Positions 11,401 through 25,089 are shown, counted from the stretch's first letter. The stretch is DNA of 64,000 nt from the human T2T-CHM13v2.0 reference genome, Homo sapiens (GCF_009914755.1 NC_060926.1); one strand, 5' to 3'. Translations and numbers: made by a program. The notes: generated by a model not told the origin, from the sequence alone.

Positions 11401-14400
11401 ATATATTTTTTTAAATGGCTCCTGGATTGGCTGATTTTTTGAATGGTTTTTCATGTTTCTATGTCTTTCAGTTCTACTCTGAGCTTTGTTATTTCTTGTC
11501 TTCTACTAGCTCTGTGGTTTGTTTGCTTTGGTTCTCCAGTTCTTTTAGTTATGATGTTAGGGTGATGATTTGAGGTCTTTCTAGCTTTTTGATGTGGGCA
11601 TTTAGTGTTATAAATTTCCCTCTTAACACTGCTTTAGATGCATCCCAGAGTTTCTGGTATGTTGTCTGTTTATTCTCATTGGTTTCAAAAAACTTCTTGA
11701 TTTCTGCCTTACTTCCATTATTTATCCAGAAGTCATTGAAGAACAGGTTGTTCAATTTCCATGCAGTTGTGTGGTTTTGAGTGGGTTTCTTAATCTTGAG
11801 TTCTAATTTAATTGTGCTGTGATCTGAGAGACTGTTATGATTTTAATTCTTTTGCATTTGGTGAGGAGTGTTTTACTTCCACTTATGTGATCAATTTTAG
11901 AGTGTCATGTGGTGCCAAGAAAAATGTAAATTCTGTTGTTTTGGGGTGGAGAGTTCTGTAGATATCTATCAGGTTTACTTGGTCCAGGGCTGTGTTCAAG
12001 TCCTGAATATCTTTCTTAATTTTCTGTCTCAATGATCTGTGTAATACTGACAGTGGGGTGTTAAAGTTTCCTACTATTATTGTGTGTGAGTCGAAGTCTC
12101 TTTGTAGGTCTTTAAGAACTCATGTGATGAATCTGGATGCTCCTGTATTGGGTGAATATATATTTAGGATAGTTAGCTGTTCTTGTTGAATTGAAATCTT
12201 TACCATTATGTAATGCCCTTCTTTGTCTTTTTTGACTTTTGTTAGTTTTAAGTCTATTTTGTCAGAAACTAAGATTGCAACCCTTGCTTTTTTCTGCTTT
12301 CCATCTTCCATTTTCCTCCATCTCTTTATTTTGAATCTATGTGTTTCTTTGCACATGAGATGTGTCTCTTGAATATAGCACACCAATAAGACTTGTCTTA
12401 CTATCCAGCTTGCCATTCTGTGACTTTTCATTGGGGCATTTAGCCCATTGACATTTAAGGTTAATATTGTTAAGTGTGAATTTGATCATGTCATCATGAT
12501 GCTGGCTTGTTAATTTTGCAGACTTGTTAATGTAGTTGCTTTATAGTGTCATTTGTCTGTGTACTTTAGTGTGGTTTTGTAGTGGCTGGTAATGTTTTTT
12601 CTTTATATGTTTCGTGATTCCTTCAGGAGCTCTTGCAAGGCAGGCCTGGTGGTGACAAAATCCCTTAGCATTTGCTTGTCTGAGAAGGATTTTATTTCTC
12701 CTTCATGTATGAAGCTTAGCTTGCTCTGACATAAAATTCTGGTTTTGAAATTCTTTTCTTCGAGAATGTTGAATATTGGCCCCAGATCTCTTCTGGCTTA
12801 TAGGGTTTCTGCAGAGATGTCTGCTGTTAGTCTGATGGGCTTCCCTTTGTTGGTGAGCAGGTTTTTTTTCTGACAGTGCTGAGCATTTTTCCTTCATTTT
12901 GACCTTGGAGAATCTGAAGATTATGTGTTTTGGGGCAGATCTTCTCGTAGAGTGTCTTTTTGGGATTCTCGGGATTTCCTGAATTTAAATGTTGGCCTAT
13001 CTTGCTAGGTTGGGGAAGTTCTCCTGGATGGTATCCTGAAACGTGTTTTCCAACTTGATTCCATTCTCTCTGTTTCATTCAGGCACTCCAATCAGTCATA
13101 GTTTCAGTCTTTTTACATAGTCCTAAGTTCTCAGATGTTTTATTTGTTCATTTTCATTCTTTATTCTCAAATCTTGTCTACCTGCCTGATTTCAGCAAGA
13201 TAGTCTTCAAGCTCTGATATTCTCTCTTTCCCTTGGTTGATTTGGCTATTGATACTTGTGATTGCATCATGAAGGTCTCATGCTGTGCTTTTCAGCTCCA
13301 TCAGGTCATTTATGTTCCTCTCTAAACAGGTTATTCTAATTAACAGCTCCTGTAATCTTTTATCATGGTTCTTAGCTTCTTAGCATTTGGTTAGAACATA
13401 ATCCTTTAGCTCAGTGAAGTTCATTATTACCTACTTCCCAAAGCATACTTCTGTCAGTTCATCCATCTCAGCTTTAGACATGTTCTGTGCCCTTGCTGGA
13501 GAAGTGTTGTGATCATTTAGGGTAGAAGAAGCATTCTGGCATTTGGAATTTTCAGCGTTCCTATCTTGGTCTTTCCTTATCTTCATGGATTTATCTACCT
13601 CTGATCTTTGAGGCTGTTGACCCTTGGATGAGGCTTTTATGAGGTCTTTTTTGTTGATATTGTTATTGTTGTTGGTTTCTATTTTTTTTTTTTTAATTCT
13701 AAGAGTCAGGCCTCTCTTCTGCAGGTCTGCTGCAGTTTGCTAGGGTTCCACTCCTGACCTTGTTCACCTGGGTGTCACCAGTGGAGGTTGCAGAACAGCA
13801 AAGACTGCTGCCTTTCCTTTCTCCAGAAGCTTCATTCCAGAGGGGCACTGACCTGATGCCAGCCAAAACTCTCCTGTATGAGGTGTCTGATGCACCCTTT
13901 TAAAAGGTCACACCTAGTCAGGAGACATGGGATCAGGGACCCACTTACAGAAGCAGTCTGACTGTCCTTCAGCATAGCTGGTGCTCTGTGCTGGGGGAAT
14001 CCCCCTCATCTGGATCACCCATACTCTTCATAGCCAGCAGACAGGAAAGATAAAGTCTGCTGAATGTGAGACCATGGCCACCCACACACCAACCCCCAGG
14101 GTTCTGTCCCAGGTAGATGAGAGTTCTGTCTGCAAGCCACTAGCTGGAGTTGCTGGGATTTCTGTAGAGAGGCCCTGCCTTGTGAGGAGGGATGGATTCG
14201 GGTTCCACCTAAACAAGCAGTCTGGCCACAATCTGCCACAGCCACTGTGCTGTGCTGTGCTCTGCTGTGGTGAGTACCATCCAGTTTAAACCTCCTGGTC
14301 TCCCCAGCACTGGCTGGGCGAAAACCACCAACTAGAGTCACAGTACTGGCCGTTGCCCCTCTTCCCTGCCCCAGGAACTCGGTAATCTTAGCGGACTCCA

Positions 14401-14988
14401 GTCTGCTGTGTTGGCCAGCAGGGATTCCAAGCCAGTGGGTCTTAGCTTGTGCGGTTCTGTGGGAGTAGAAACCATTGAGCGAGGCCATTTGACTCCCTGG
14501 CTTCAGCCCTCTTTCCACGGGAGTGGACAATTCTCCTGTCTCACTGGAGTTCCAGGTGCCGCCAGAATATGTAAAAACTGCTGCAGCTCATGCCTGCCTG
14601 AAAGATCAGAGCAGCTGCCATGGGCCTGCCTAGTTTTGTGCTTGAGATCCAAGGCCCTGGTGGTGTAGGCTCATGAGTGAATCTCCTGATCTGCGGATTG
14701 CAAAAATCCATGTGAAAAGAGTAGTACCCCAGGAGGGTAGCACAGTCTCTCAACGCCTCTCTTGGCTGGGGGAGGGAGGTCCCTTTGTCCCATGCAGCTC
14801 CCCAGTGAACCCTCACCCCAACCTGCTTTTCCTTGCTCTCCATTGGTCACGCCAACTGCCTAGTCAGTTCCAATGAGATGAACTTGGTACCTCATTTGGA
14901 AATGCAGAAATCACCCGCCTTTTGCATTTGTCTTAGAGACTGCAAACTGGAGCTATTTTTGCTCACACATCTTGACCCCTGCCCCCTT
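8497..14988 (-). mobile_element. Full-length, inactivated L1PA (about L1PA8-11)
   Basis: 5' UTR start (GGGGCAGGGGTCAAGATG..GGTGATTTCTGCATTTCC on minus); ORF1 remnants; ORF2 fragments (IQETHL EN motif, [16 protein letters not shown] motif, [13 protein letters not shown]); 3' UTR and (AAAT)n tail. TSD CCTTCTGTATTTT at 8484-8496 and 14989-15001. ORFs are broken by stops and frameshifts. Confidence 0.95.
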
Positions 14989-15139
14989 CCTTCTGTATTT
15001 TATCTGGTAAAATTACTTACAACTTATGTTCTCCATGGGACACTTTCAGATGCAAAGTTAATGAATTAGCCAACATTAATTTATTCTCTTCTCCCTTCCA
15101 GCAAACAAAATATTCTTATGATTCTTTTCATAGCCTGGT

Positions 15140-15240
15140 GGTGGTATTGTTGTTTATGTACGTGTCTATGTCTTCACTTACTTTGTGAACCACTGAAAGG
15201 TAAGTGCTATGTCCTGTTCATCCTTATTCCTCTTCCAAAG
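15140..15240 (+). mobile_element. L2 3' fragment
   Basis: TGTTTATGTACGTGTCT..TGTGAACCACTGAAAGGTAAG..TATGTCCTGTTCATCCTT resembles the L2 3' end. Confidence 0.5.
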
Positions 15241-15721
15241 GAGCAGTTTCCCTTCTCAAACACAACACTGTACCTATCCATAAAAGTGACTCTCAAATAA
15301 TAAATTTACATGCATTCCTTTGGTGTTCCAGAGTGAATTATTGAAAAAAAAATGGTTTTTGAGTACTGATGTTCTACGCTTCTAAAAAACTTTGTAAATT
15401 TTAATTTGCAAAACACACGCCATGTGTCGTAATTTGTACTACAAAGGGATTCTTTCCATCATAACAAATATTCATCCCTTTATAAAACTGTTTCTTGGTT
15501 GAATTATAATCGTTGATTTATTAAAATTCAATGTATCCTCACTTTCTAACTTCAGAGCAAAGTTAAATACAGCTAAGTGCCTTCCTTTGCTTAAAGATAA
15601 TTTATTTGTAGCAGTCACACAAAAAAAATCAAGTTATTTTTCTATCCAAAAAAACTCAAATGGTGTCTCTAAAGATTTTCAGAGCAAAGAAAAAAATATT
15701 AGGATGCTTCTCTAGATGAGA

Positions 15722-15723
<2 letters not shown>

Positions 15724-15772
<49 letters not shown>

Positions 15773-15837
15773 TTATATATATGTGTATATATAATGTGTA
15801 TATATGTGTATATATGTGTGTATACATATATATATAA

Positions 15838-15880
<43 letters not shown>
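15724..15880. repeat. Compound (TA)n/(TG)n microsatellite
   Basis: Read directly from sequence. Confidence 0.95.
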
Positions 15881-15882
<2 letters not shown>

Positions 15883-17219
15883 CTCTTCTAAAATTTTTAA
15901 GAAAAAGAAAAGTTTAGGGTAGGTTATTCCTCTGATATAACTGCTTATCAGTCCACCTGACACAGTTCTTTTTCTTTTTATCTGCTACAGACTATAGGTA
16001 TTTTTTCAAATCCGGAAAGTTATTAAGCAATACCCTGCACAGAACTTTCCAATGGCTTCCTATTGCCTATTCTAAACTTCTCAATATTGTATAGCAGGAA
16101 GATTATGTAATTTGTTCTGAAAACTAGAACATTTTGAGAATGAAAGGAACAATAAAAGTAATTATATGATCTACTTCCTGATGGACAAATTGTTGTTACT
16201 CTATTGGTAAACCTAAAAATAGCTATATTTAAATTAAATTTTTGAAACAAATTTAAATCAATAAAAATGTAGCCACAGTAAAGCAAGTTAAAAAATACAC
16301 ATCATATTGTCTATTAAGTAACATAAAAGTAATCTTGGAACATATTTAAATATATTTTAATTGTTTTCTTAGGTATATCTTTCATTATTAATTTCATGTT
16401 ATTGGTATTTTATGAACAAGGTACATTTTTCTATTTAGTTTTGGTACTATAACCATGTTCATAAAATATCTTGCAATCTCTATGAAAAATGGTTGCACTT
16501 AATAATTAAAAATAATTACTGTTTTTCCTTCTTTAGTTTTCTATCTAGACTATATTTCTAATTGAGAAAATATTTTCTATATAAGTGCTGATATAATTGG
16601 CAAGATCAAAGCAAACTGTGTCAAATAAAAAATATCCTCAATTCTTTTTTTTTTTGTAAGAAATATGAAACTGGTTCATAATGTGTTCATAAAAACTATC
16701 CTGTTGGTTATAATTTCTTGTGTTTCTTTGAAAAATATTTTTACAAGACAATGTCAAATTATTTGTGTCTATGTTTTTAAATATTTCATTAAATTAGATA
16801 TTGAAAAATTGTTTTTTCAATTTCATTTAATACCTATACAGAATATTCATTTTAAATTTAACTATTAAAAATAAGAGTTTTAGTAGACAATTCCTTCCAA
16901 AAATCTGTACATATAAAACTTTAATTATAAAATTTCATAATTAAAATCTCTGTGTCATTTTTGGCTCACAAAATTTAATTTTTTCAACTTATTACTTGAT
17001 TTGTAGAGAGACTTTTCAATGTCTTCTTGCTTACAAGCTTTATTTTCTGTAATTACAATTTGCTAAAAGCATAAAAATTGAGGTTTTCTGGTTCTTAAAG
17101 TTGGTACAATTGCTTTTTCATTAAAAAAAAAAAACAGCTCAACTCTGTTTGTCTCTGCTTGATTTTTCAGTGTTCATGAAGCCTTTTCTCCTTGCTGGGG
17201 CTGTTTTAAATTAGCTCCC

Positions 17220-17589
17220 TTATCTGTATCCCCACCCAAATCTCATCTTGAATTGTAATCCGAATTGTAATCTCTACATGTTGAAGGAGGGAACTGGTGG
17301 GAGGTGATTGGATCATGGGGAAGTTTCCTCCATGCTGTTTCTCATGATAGTGAGTGAGTTCTCAGGAGATCTGGTACCTTAAAAGTGTTTGGCAGCTTCC
17401 TTTGTCCTCTCTCTCTCTTGCCTGCAGCCATGTAAGATGTCCCTTGCTTCCCCTCGCCTTCAGCCATAACTGTAAGTTTCCTGAGGGCTCCTCAGCCATG
17501 GGGAACTGTGAGTCAATTAAACCTCTTTTCTTTATAGATTACCCAGTTTGGGGCAGTTCCTTATAGCAGTGTGAAAGTGAAGTAATACA
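17220..17589 (+). mobile_element. THE1/MST-type MaLR solo LTR
   Basis: CCCCACCCAAATCTCATCTTGAATTGTAATCC..GTCAATTAAACCTCTTTTCTTTATA..TAATACA; TSD CTCCC at 17215-17219 and 17590-17594. Confidence 0.9.
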
Positions 17590-17860
17590 CTCCCTTAACT
17601 TTTTTAAGACTTAGATAGTAATAGTAAAAATAGAGAATACGAATGTTTTGATTTCTACGATTAGTGCAGCAAAAGTAACTAGACAGCATTAACTACTGCC
17701 TGCCTCCTCTCATAAACTTAAATGTAATTTAGGGTTTTTTTCTCTCCTCCTGAAAGTGCATAATTTTCTCAATAAGTAAATGAATACAATTAGATACCAG
17801 AACTAGGTTACACAAAGGTATCAAATTTTTAAGTCTAAGTAATACCAGAGCTTGGATGAC

Positions 17861-18167
17861 TTTTTTTTTTTTTAAATAGAGACAGGATCTCACTCTGTTG
17901 CCCAGGCTGAAGTGCAGTGGCATGATCATAGCTCACTGTAGCCTCGAACTCCTGGGCTGAAGTGATCCTCCTGCCTCAGTCTCTCGAGTAGCTAGGGCTA
18001 TAGGCACCAGCTTCCCTGCCAGACAAGTTTTTTATTTTTCATTATTTTTGTAGAGGAAGGGTCTCTGTGTGTTGCCCAGACTGATCTCAAACTCCTGGTC
18101 TCAAGTCATCCTGCCATGGTGGCCTTTCAAAGTGCTGGGATTACAGTCATTAGCCACCATGCTTGTC
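17861..18167 (-). mobile_element. AluJ
   Basis: Poly(T) followed by GAGACAGGATCTCACTCTG..GATCATAGCTCACTGTAGCCTCGAACTCCTGGGCT (J-type diagnostics). Confidence 0.92.
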
Positions 18168-19590
18168 TCATTGAAATATTTTGAATGCACAAAGCTCATG
18201 ATGAGAATTCATAATTTCATATTATGCTTAAAGCTGAAATTAATCTTAATATCATCCAAACCCATATTTTATAGATAAAAACATTGAGGATAAGAATTTG
18301 AATGACTTAAATGAGTTGATTGCCTTCCAACAACAAGATAAGGATATTTTAAATGCATGTATTAGTATAATAATAGTGAGAGACGGTGTCATAAAACAGA
18401 AGCAGCCTTTGATGAAATACAGAAATATATTCAGAAGTATTCACATTTAGTCCACTTATTATTACTTCTTTGGCCTTTGGCCAGTCATTTAGGACACAAT
18501 TTTCTAATAAAAATATTGGTATTAAATACTAAATAAATATTGGTCTCATGCCCGATACATAATTTGGATCAAATGACTGAAATATTTATTACTCAACTAA
18601 TGTTTGTAGTATTTAGTGGGCACTAGATTTTAGAGTTGATGTAGAGATGAGATTAATAAAATATACTTTAATGCTAAAGTATTATTCTTGCATATTCATG
18701 AAAAAGTGCTTGCCATTTAAGCCAGTATTAGGATAATGAGGAAATGCCAACCTTCATGGAGAACCAGGATAAGAGGGTTCGATGAAATCTCTGAGTAGCT
18801 AAAGGGCTTATAGTTTTTAATAAATTCAAATAAGTTCAGTATGTGTAGAAAACATTGAGAAGAAGGATAAGGAGTGGAAGATGTTCTGTTGTTATTGCAG
18901 CAAAAAGCAGAACATGTAAGACTTCTTAGGTGAAAGAGCTGAGATGTATTCCAAGTTGACATCAGATATAAGGTCCATTAAGTGCCTCGTCTCAGAGACT
19001 GTATCTATGACAACTTTCTTCTCAATTCCACTTCCTCCACTCATTTTTTATGGGCTCTGTCTGAGCCTTGACATCACTTAAACTGATCAGAGTCTAAAGG
19101 CATAAAGTCTCACTGATCCCTTCTTCTATGGCCTTTACTCAACTGCAAAAACCATGCCTGCTTTTCAGTGTTATCAAGAACTTTTGCCCTATTTTTTTTC
19201 AATTTCTTTTGCTTTACTTCTGTTCCCATTCTACTGAAATTACAGGAAATATTAAAAATGTTACCTGCTCTGACTGCATATCAGAGTTACTTACTTTTTA
19301 AAAAAAATTTAATAATTTTATGAGACGTTTCATTCCTGGAATAAGGACCCTCCTTCCATAAAGTTGATTAGGAATAGCTTGTCTATTTTAAAAGAAGTTT
19401 AGGAGTAGCTTATCTTTTTTTAAAAAAATAGACAATTTTAAAATTTTAAAATTCACCTATAAGTGAATTTTAGGTGATTTTGATAAAAATCTCAGTATTT
19501 TTACTGACTTATCACCCTTGTCTTATACTTCTTTCTCATTTTACCTTGTTATTTCCCCTCTAGCCAAGACACTAAAAAATAAAAAACTTA

Positions 19591-19941
19591 CCCCTGGGTG
19601 CAGTGGCTCATGCCTGTAATCCCAGCACTTTGGGAGGCTGGTGCAGGTGGATTACCTGAGTTCCAGAGATTGAGACCAGCCTGACCAACATGGTGAAACC
19701 CCGTCGCTACTAAAAAATACAAAAATTAGTCAGGTATGGTGGTGTGCATCTGTAATCCCAGCTACTTGGGAGGCTGAGGCGGGACAATCATTTGAACCTG
19801 GGAGGTGGAGGCTGGAGTACAGTGGCAGAGATTGAAGTGAGCTGAGATCATGCCACTGCACTCCAACCTAGGTGACAGAGAAAGACCCTGTCTCAACAAA
19901 ACAAAACAAAACAAATAAAAAATAAAAAACAAACCAAAAAA
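19591..19941 (+). mobile_element. AluS with an internal inverted insertion and (AAAAC)n tail
   Basis: Dimeric Alu with about 20 extra nt at 19810-19830; TSD-like AAAAAACTTACCC / AAAAAACTCCTACCC. Confidence 0.93.
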
Positions 19942-20432
19942 CTCCTACCCCTGAGTGCTAGAAATCTCCAGAAAAAATAAATCATATAACCACACCATTT
20001 GTTTTTATTAAAATTCTATACTCTTTACTCAAACATTGACTTCCAATTTCCACAAACAAATTATTTCTGTTTTCTCATAAATTTGCTCTTACGTTTTCTC
20101 AATCAGTTTCTTCAAGTATGTAATCTCTACAAATGGCCTACCCAACATTCTTCCTTTGTTTAATCAGGGTTTTTTTCCTCTAATTTCTAAGCAAGGATTT
20201 GCGTATGCTTCCTTTTATTCTAGCAGTAGGAGAAAGATGCATTCTTGCGTGTAGGACCTGTGCTCTGGGTCTCCTCCTATCCCATCTCCACAAGGAACTT
20301 ACGATTAGTAGCTCATCTGCTGTATTTGCATCTGTCTTCTACTTCTCGGCATGCAGAGATTCCTTCTTATAGGACTTAAGTAGATCATTTCTTCTTAAAA
20401 CTTGGCCAATATTAACATGATGGCCACAACTA

Positions 20433-20523
20433 TCAGGTTGGTGCAGAAGCAATTGTGACTGTTGCCATTTGACATTTTGACATTTTCATGTCAAAAACTG
20501 CGAATACTTTTGCACCAACCCAA
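20433..20523. mobile_element. MADE1 (Hsmar1-derived MITE)
   Basis: TA-flanked TCAGGTTGGTGCAGAAGCAATTG ... CGAATACTTTTGCACCAACCCAA terminal inverted repeats. Confidence 0.88.
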
Positions 20524-20969
20524 TACTTTTACCCAGTGTCCCACTCCAGCTTCCATCCTCTCTGTTCTTCACGAATTTTTAAATTTCCAGTAAAATTATT
20601 CTGTTCAACTACCCCAATACACTTTTTGGTCTCAAACCCTCAGAGTGGCATTTCACCCTGCTGTTTGCTATGCTCCCTTATAAATCTCATTTGGCTCCCC
20701 ATTACACCACTGTCTCCTGGCCTTTCATTTCAAATTCCTTTGTCATTTACCTATTGTTTATTCTACTAATTTTTTAAATCAGTGTTTCTCAGAATACAAA
20801 TACAGGCTCTCTTCTCATCTTTCTTTGTTTCTCTTTCGATCACACTGTAATCCAGTTTACTGAGCCTTCATCAAATAAGAGGATGCAATTTCTCTAAAGT
20901 TAGTGATATTCATATCTTATTTTTACATGTCTTACTTTGACAGTAACTAGCAGGCTTTCTAATAAATTG

Positions 20970-21390
20970 TGAGGACTAGCTCTGATTTTTTTGCATTATC
21001 TTGCCCAAATTCCTGTCTAAGGGGTCTGGGGAGTCATGCCCTACAAACCATACATTCTTACCGATGAGTTTTATTTAACCTTATATATTGTTACTTACTT
21101 TTCAACCTACCTCTGGCATAACATTATGAGACAAGGAAAAAAATCAAAATACTTTACCCCAAAACATGCTTTGTCATATCTTGAAATGGCCCTGCAAAGC
21201 TATCCTTTGTGGGAGAAAGTGTGCATCTGTAAAGAATCTCTATTAACATAGCTAGAACTTTTTCTTCCAAGCCTTCTCAATCATGAAAAGATTAAGTAAG
21301 AGTCTAGCATATTTTTAAATGTCTGAATAGGAAATATTTGTCGTCTGTTGTCTCTAAGGGCAGCCACTATATGACTTCAAAAGAACCTTG
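20970..21390 (+). mobile_element. MER4-group (MER4D/E-like) ERV1 LTR, 3'-truncated
   Basis: TGAGGACTAGCTCTGATTTTT..TTGCCCAAATTCCTGTCTAAGGGGTCTGGGGAGTCATGCCCTACAAACCATA..GAAATGGCCCTGCAAAGCT. Confidence 0.8.
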
Positions 21391-23094
21391 ATAGTTGTAA
21401 GTGTTCAATAAATGTCGGTTTAGTAAATACTTCAATAAATAAGTGGACATTTGCTTTGAATACAGTGAAGCAACTTTGTTTACTATTTCTTTGTACTTTT
21501 CTTAAACTCTTTGACTGTCAGTTTCCCCACCTGTAAAATTTCCTCAGATCTTTAATTCTTAAAGGTTTCTCATGAAGTTTTGATAAAATATTTTGTGTCA
21601 TATTTGTGCCTGGCCTAGATCAAATGAAGAGCTGATTCTGTTAAGTTTGCACAGTTATTTTACTCAGAACTGAGTAGCAACACAGTCCAGGAATGTTCAG
21701 CTTCATGGACATCAGGAGAAAAGGCAACTAGGGAGGTTGAACAGTCTCTAAAGTGAAAGACAGGGTGGAAACTATATTGGAGATGTTAATCTTTCACACA
21801 GTAAAGATACTTGCAGAAGCACCAAATTCCTCATATAACATTAGAGAACCATCATTTGTTTTGGACACGTATTGAACAGCTTTTCTTATAAAACCTAGCC
21901 TGTTTTATGGAGCCATTTGGAAAGGACATTAACTATTGATGAGATATTTAGAGCAGCAAGAAGGTGAATAAGGTAAGATATTGGTGACAGGAGGTAGCAG
22001 CTGAGTACAATGGTTTTCTCCCGCAAGCAATAAACAAACCCAATCATAGAACAACTTAGAAATCCAGATTGGTAGGAACCAGACTCAATTTTAAGGGAAA
22101 AAATTTCTTAGCGGACTGAGCTGCTGCTCATTGTATGTTTTCCAGTGGAGCAGTAGAGATAAGAGAGGAAATAGCACTGCCCTGGAAAGTGAGGAAATAG
22201 CCTATGATTTCTCTAACTTCCAGTATATAAAGTACTAAGATTGAACCATATAACTCCAAATATCCCTTCGGGCTCTGAAATCCCAGAATCCTATCACTGC
22301 AATTAACCCCAAAGTGGAACTCTTGATAAGACAGGCATGGCACTCTCCTTCACACCTACGTGACTACCAAATAAATCAATTAGACATCAAAAAATGTATG
22401 TTTTACTTAATATTAAGGATTCCTGAGAATCTTATTATAAATGCCCAAATATGTGGCTCCTAAGTTATACCCAGACCAGGTAACTTAATATATGAGCAAT
22501 TTCTTCCTTAAATTTCTGATAACATATGCATTAATTTTTCCAGCTTTAACTTCTTTGATGGTTACTAAATGTTACATAGTTTATGTGTATACTCATGAGC
22601 AATTCCTTGTCTTTTTTTGTAAAGTATCTTAATGTTTTTCTTTCTTTTTGTTGTTGTTATTTTTGTTTTTTCCTAAAAATGGGAGTCTGGCTTTTTCAAC
22701 CTAGTTTCCAAAGAGAAGAACTCAGGTAATTTGATCAGTGATAATTATTAAATGAAATATTTTTAGTCCCAAGGGAAAACACACTCTAATGCAGAATCCA
22801 AACAACTAGCATCTTTCTCTCAGTTTTGGAGAGATGGGATCTATCTAAAGGACACCTCGGAAGTCTATACCAGAACTTCAGTGAGCACGAAACCTAGGGC
22901 AGCATCCTACTGGATGCTGCACAAGGGCGGGGGCAGAGCCTTGTCATCTGCACTCTTCAGTTCATCCTATAGATCCTCTTTATCATAGGTGCCAATGAAA
23001 TGTTGAATGTGTATGTCCAAAAGACAGCCATCTCTTTAGGTAGATTTAATGTAGAAGACAGCTTTCCAGAGTAAGCAAGTCTAGAATCTTTGAG

Positions 23095-23406
23095 TCAGTA
23101 TCCTAATTTGAGTCCAAAGGCTGTGAGCTTCTTTAGAACCAGGAAGAGCTAACATTCCAGTTTGAAGGGCATCCTGCAGACTTTTCTCTTACTCAAAGGA
23201 TGATCACTTTTTTATTCTATGCAGGTCTTCAACTGATTAGACAAGGCTTATTCACATTAGGGAAGGCAATCTACTTTATCCAGTCTGTTGATTTAAATGC
23301 TAATTTCATCTAAAAACCTCCTCACAGAAACACCTGGGATAATGTTTGACCCAATATCTAGAATCCCGTGGCTCAGTCAAGTTGACACATGAAATTAAGC
23401 ATCACA
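23095..23406 (-). mobile_element. MLT2 (ERVL) LTR fragment
   Basis: TTCAACTGATTAGA..CACATTAGGGAAGGCAATCT..CTCACAGAAACACC..TCAAGTTGACACATGAAATTAAGCATCACA. Confidence 0.82.
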
Positions 23407-24720
23407 GAGGCTAACAAACAAAGAGCCAGAGAGGGAAGTGGAAAAGAGTAACAAGCCGTGACAAAAAATTAGTTGGAGGCAAGGCTAGGCCATGAATCTT
23501 AGGTTTTTATCTCTTAGTCCTAGGCAATTTGTATTACCCCATGATGCATTTTTTTGAGTTTGCTGTTGCCCAGTCTAAGATAAAGTGGAGATGAAAAAGA
23601 ATTTAAAAGTTGGATATGGCAAATATATAATAAGAAATTTAACATGCTTCTGTAGGTTTTTATTAGTAAAAAAAAAAAAAAAGCAAAAAAATTGTCCACG
23701 TTTGCTTCATGTTCTTGAAATATTCTTAAAGCTGCTTTCTTTGTTTTTGGCTTTCATTTGTGTTAACTGTCAGGAATCATTAGCATCAAGTATGGAAAGG
23801 ATAATTACTGAGCAATAAATTTTTATTTATGTGCAAGGTGTAGTTTTTGTTCTGTTTTTTCATTTTCTCCTAAACCAGCTAGCTACGTAAACAATTACTT
23901 AAGAAAGGAGTCTTCAAATTAATTTGAATCATGCCAGACTTGGCCTTTAAGAGGATTACTTTAATGACTATACTTTATAATTTCTCATAGCATCTATAGA
24001 AATACTGAGGTTGAAACCTTTTATATAGGATATTTTTAGGAATTTGACTTGTGTGTGTGTTTGCACAATATGGCTTTTATAATAGAGAATGCAATTAATA
24101 TCTGATTAATTAGTAATCAAATACCAAATGAATATTTTTATTCATAGATATTGTATGGAAAAGTCTGCACCTCATTCCAAAATCATGTTGAAGTGGAAAC
24201 TTTTTCAACAAACATATTTCATAGTGTAGCATGGCATAGCTTCTGACATCTGTACTCTTAGCCCATTTAGAAAGTATGAAAACTCAAGATCCTTCACATC
24301 TTTTTGCTCCACTTATGGCAGAAAGACAAGAAATAATGGTTGTTACAGAAAACATTGTCCTGATAAAAATTTACGTGACTTTTTGGAAAAAGAATCAGCA
24401 CCGATCAGGCTATAAAGTTTCTTAAAGATAAATAAGGCATGAAATAAACACAAATTTTTAAACATATAACTATAACATATAACATATATCTAGGTATGCT
24501 AGATATTTTTAATGCTAGTTTTTATTATTTAATACTTATGACAAGCCACTCAAGGTAGATATTACTGTCTTCATCCATCATTATAAAAAATTAAACTTCT
24601 GAGAAATTTGGTGATGACTTGCACAATATAGTGCTAGTAACTCACAGAGAAAGAATACCAAGAAAATAATGATTGGTTCTAAAACATATTTTTGGCAGAT
24701 ACATAGATATATATGTATGA

Positions 24721-25089
<369 letters not shown>

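Noticed and set aside
9803-13078. L1 ORF1/ORF2 peptide fragments as CDS
   Set aside because: They are fragmented by stops and frameshifts; the element is dead.
19447-19472. 10-bp inverted repeat TAAAATTCAC/GTGAATTTTA (similar short stems at about 1310, 4911 and 38464)
   Set aside because: Short stems, mostly AT-rich, expected by chance or local slippage.
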